Notes under the pieces: model-generated
What the model saw: only the letters and a program-made list of their open reading frames with translations
Told to the model about the DNA's origin: nothing
Databases searched by the model: none
Assembly: GCA_965369865.1 (NCBI GenBank)
Contig: CBDURU010000078.1
Span: forward strand, 1 to 17,656
Direction: 5' to 3'
Source: an uncultured bacterium
Lineage (GTDB): Bacteria > JAJVIF01 > JAPKYR01
DNA length: 17,656 nucleotides
Shown here: positions 16,238 through 17,656 of the stretch, one piece after another
How positions within the stretch are numbered: position 1 is the first letter of the stretch
Layout of the letters: each line of letters opens with the position of its first letter
Made by a program: the position numbers and the translations under genes

Positions 16238-17479
16238 TTATTGCGCTTCAATATATATTTCCATCTCGACCGTATTCGTATCCTCGTTAGGCGGCTGCGC
16301 GGCGTCCATTGCACGTACGGCAACATAATATATCTGTCCAGTAATCAAAGCGGTGATGTTGTCGTTGTACCTGTCATCCGGTGTATCGGGATTTATCGGA
16401 CGGAACCTCTGCCGTTCGGCGGTATCAAAGTTAATCGGGCTGGTTGTCGAATAATAGATGTTATATGAAATGTCCTCATCAGCGGTCAGATTGTCGTGCG
16501 CGCGCCAGAAAGTTACCGTGATTGTGTCCGTGTCAATCTGCGCGAGGTTATCGATTCCCGGATACGGTTCTCCGGTGCCGTAATGAGGGGGTGTAAAGTC
16601 ATCGTTCGGAGTTATCCCGTCGGGGTAAGTGTCCGATTCATTCGGAATGCCGTCGCCGTCGATATCCGGGTCCTCATCGTTGGGAATACCATCGCCGTCG
16701 ATATCATCGTCCGCATTATCCGGTATCCCGTCGTTATCCTCGTCGCCGTCCCCGGCATCCGATGAAATTCCGTCATCATCCGGCTCCGTGATTGTCTCAT
16801 CACCCGGATCGTTGACGTCGCCGTCTCCATTGTTGTCGACATAAGATGTGTTTCCTTCGTGGCGGATTATCACTCCACCGGTGTTGAAATTTCTGGGTCT
16901 ACCGTACACAGCCAGCGAAAACAGGTCGTCGTTCGATCCATCGCCATCGCTGTCATGGATTGTTTTCGCGCTGATTTCAACGGTTCCCGTAAGTGGATTC
17001 CTGGACACAAGCGCTTTCGTGTGGCTCGTGACGCCTTCGGAGATCTCGACCGGCACAAGGTACTGGTGTCCATCCGCCCCGGTGATCGCCAGTGTTACAA
17101 ATCCAATCGGAAGATTCGAGAATCTGACTCGACCGCTGGCATCGGTGACATCCTCGGCAATGTATGGAACATCCTCGATCAGCACCCTCACCGGACGTCC
17201 GGCAGCGACATTTCTCTCGCCGGTGAATCCGGTATACGGCCAGGGATATTGATCCCATCCAAGGTCGCTGATCGCATTGGCCCTTGGGATCGAGAACATT
17301 TTGCAGAATCGTTCCAGTGCCGTATCCGGATCCGCTAGATAATCCTCTCCCTCCAGATCGTAATCGGCTATTAAATCGCCTTCCGCCCCACCGCTTGAGC
17401 CTCCACCGCCGCACGACGGCACTACCGCTATTCCGATCAAAAGTAAAAGAACGTATAATCCCGTTAACAGGTTTCGCAT
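16238..17479 (-). CDS. Acidic surface lipoprotein with TSP3-like DxDxDG Ca-binding repeats and a C-terminal FN3-like domain
   Basis: Signal peptide ending AVVPS-C followed by a GGGGSSGG linker; TDASG..FSNLP.G...L prealbumin/CarboxypepD-reg-like segment; three 13-aa DxDxDGIP repeats; ITVTF..A.D..YNIYYS..L..G..YYVAVRA.D FN3 pattern. GGAGG RBS. Confidence 0.8.
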   Translation of the reverse strand: MRNLLTGLYVLLLLIGIAVVPSCGGGGSSGGAEGDLIADYDLEGEDYLADPDTALERFCKMFSIPRANAISDLGWDQYPWPYTGFTGERNVAAGRPVRVLIEDVPYIAEDVTDASGRVRFSNLPIGFVTLAITGADGHQYLVPVEISEGVTSHTKALVSRNPLTGTVEISAKTIHDSDGDGSNDDLFSLAVYGRPRNFNTGGVIIRHEGNTSYVDNNGDGDVNDPGDETITEPDDDGISSDAGDGDEDNDGIPDNADDDIDGDGIPNDEDPDIDGDGIPNESDTYPDGITPNDDFTPPHYGTGEPYPGIDNLAQIDTDTITVTFWRAHDNLTADEDISYNIYYSTTSPINFDTAERQRFRPINPDTPDDRYNDNITALITGQIYYVAVRAMDAAQPPNEDTNTVEMEIYIEAQ

Positions 17480-17656
17480 ATCAATCCTCCAACTGGTATT
17501 TCCTTGCCTGTCTCGGATAATAATATCCGGGCTTAATAAAATCCCTTCTTATAATCATACTAAAAAGACAGAGATTAAGGAAACTCAATAAGGTTTAAAA
17601 TCACTAGTGTCCGGTAAAAAGTGAATGACTTGAAGAGCCCCGCCTCATCGGATAGG

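Noticed and set aside
15720..16468. Several 63-87 aa ORFs in the pepF/lipoprotein intergenic region
   Set aside because: They run through palindromic repeats on both strands and share repeat-derived peptides (PGAVHKRPPTHP). No RBS or protein motifs.

Overview
Bacterial chromosomal window from a lineage whose GroEL lacks the Gram-negative Hsp60 insert. It contains: an AT-rich two-gene cassette (SAMHD1-like HD dNTP-triphosphohydrolase plus IrrE/ImmA-type zinc peptidase) directly downstream of groESL; groES-groEL with a sigma70 promoter, CIRCE operator and terminator; a stand-alone glutamate formiminotransferase; a heterodimeric ABC exporter pair; a small PPC-like secreted or lipoprotein gene; class I fructose-bisphosphate aldolase; a MATE transporter; an M3 oligoendopeptidase F; and an acidic Ca-binding/FN3 lipoprotein. 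Intergenic regions are unusually rich in REP-like palindromes of several families. One CGGGTGC-tagged hairpin family recurs across the window with compensatory stem changes and forms a 3 x 102-bp tandem array with a fixed-length 23-nt variable core. The best candidates for novelty are the HD-dNTPase/IrrE cassette (putative protease-gated nucleotide-depletion defence system) and this structured repeat family. Both are inferences that need database searches and experiments.
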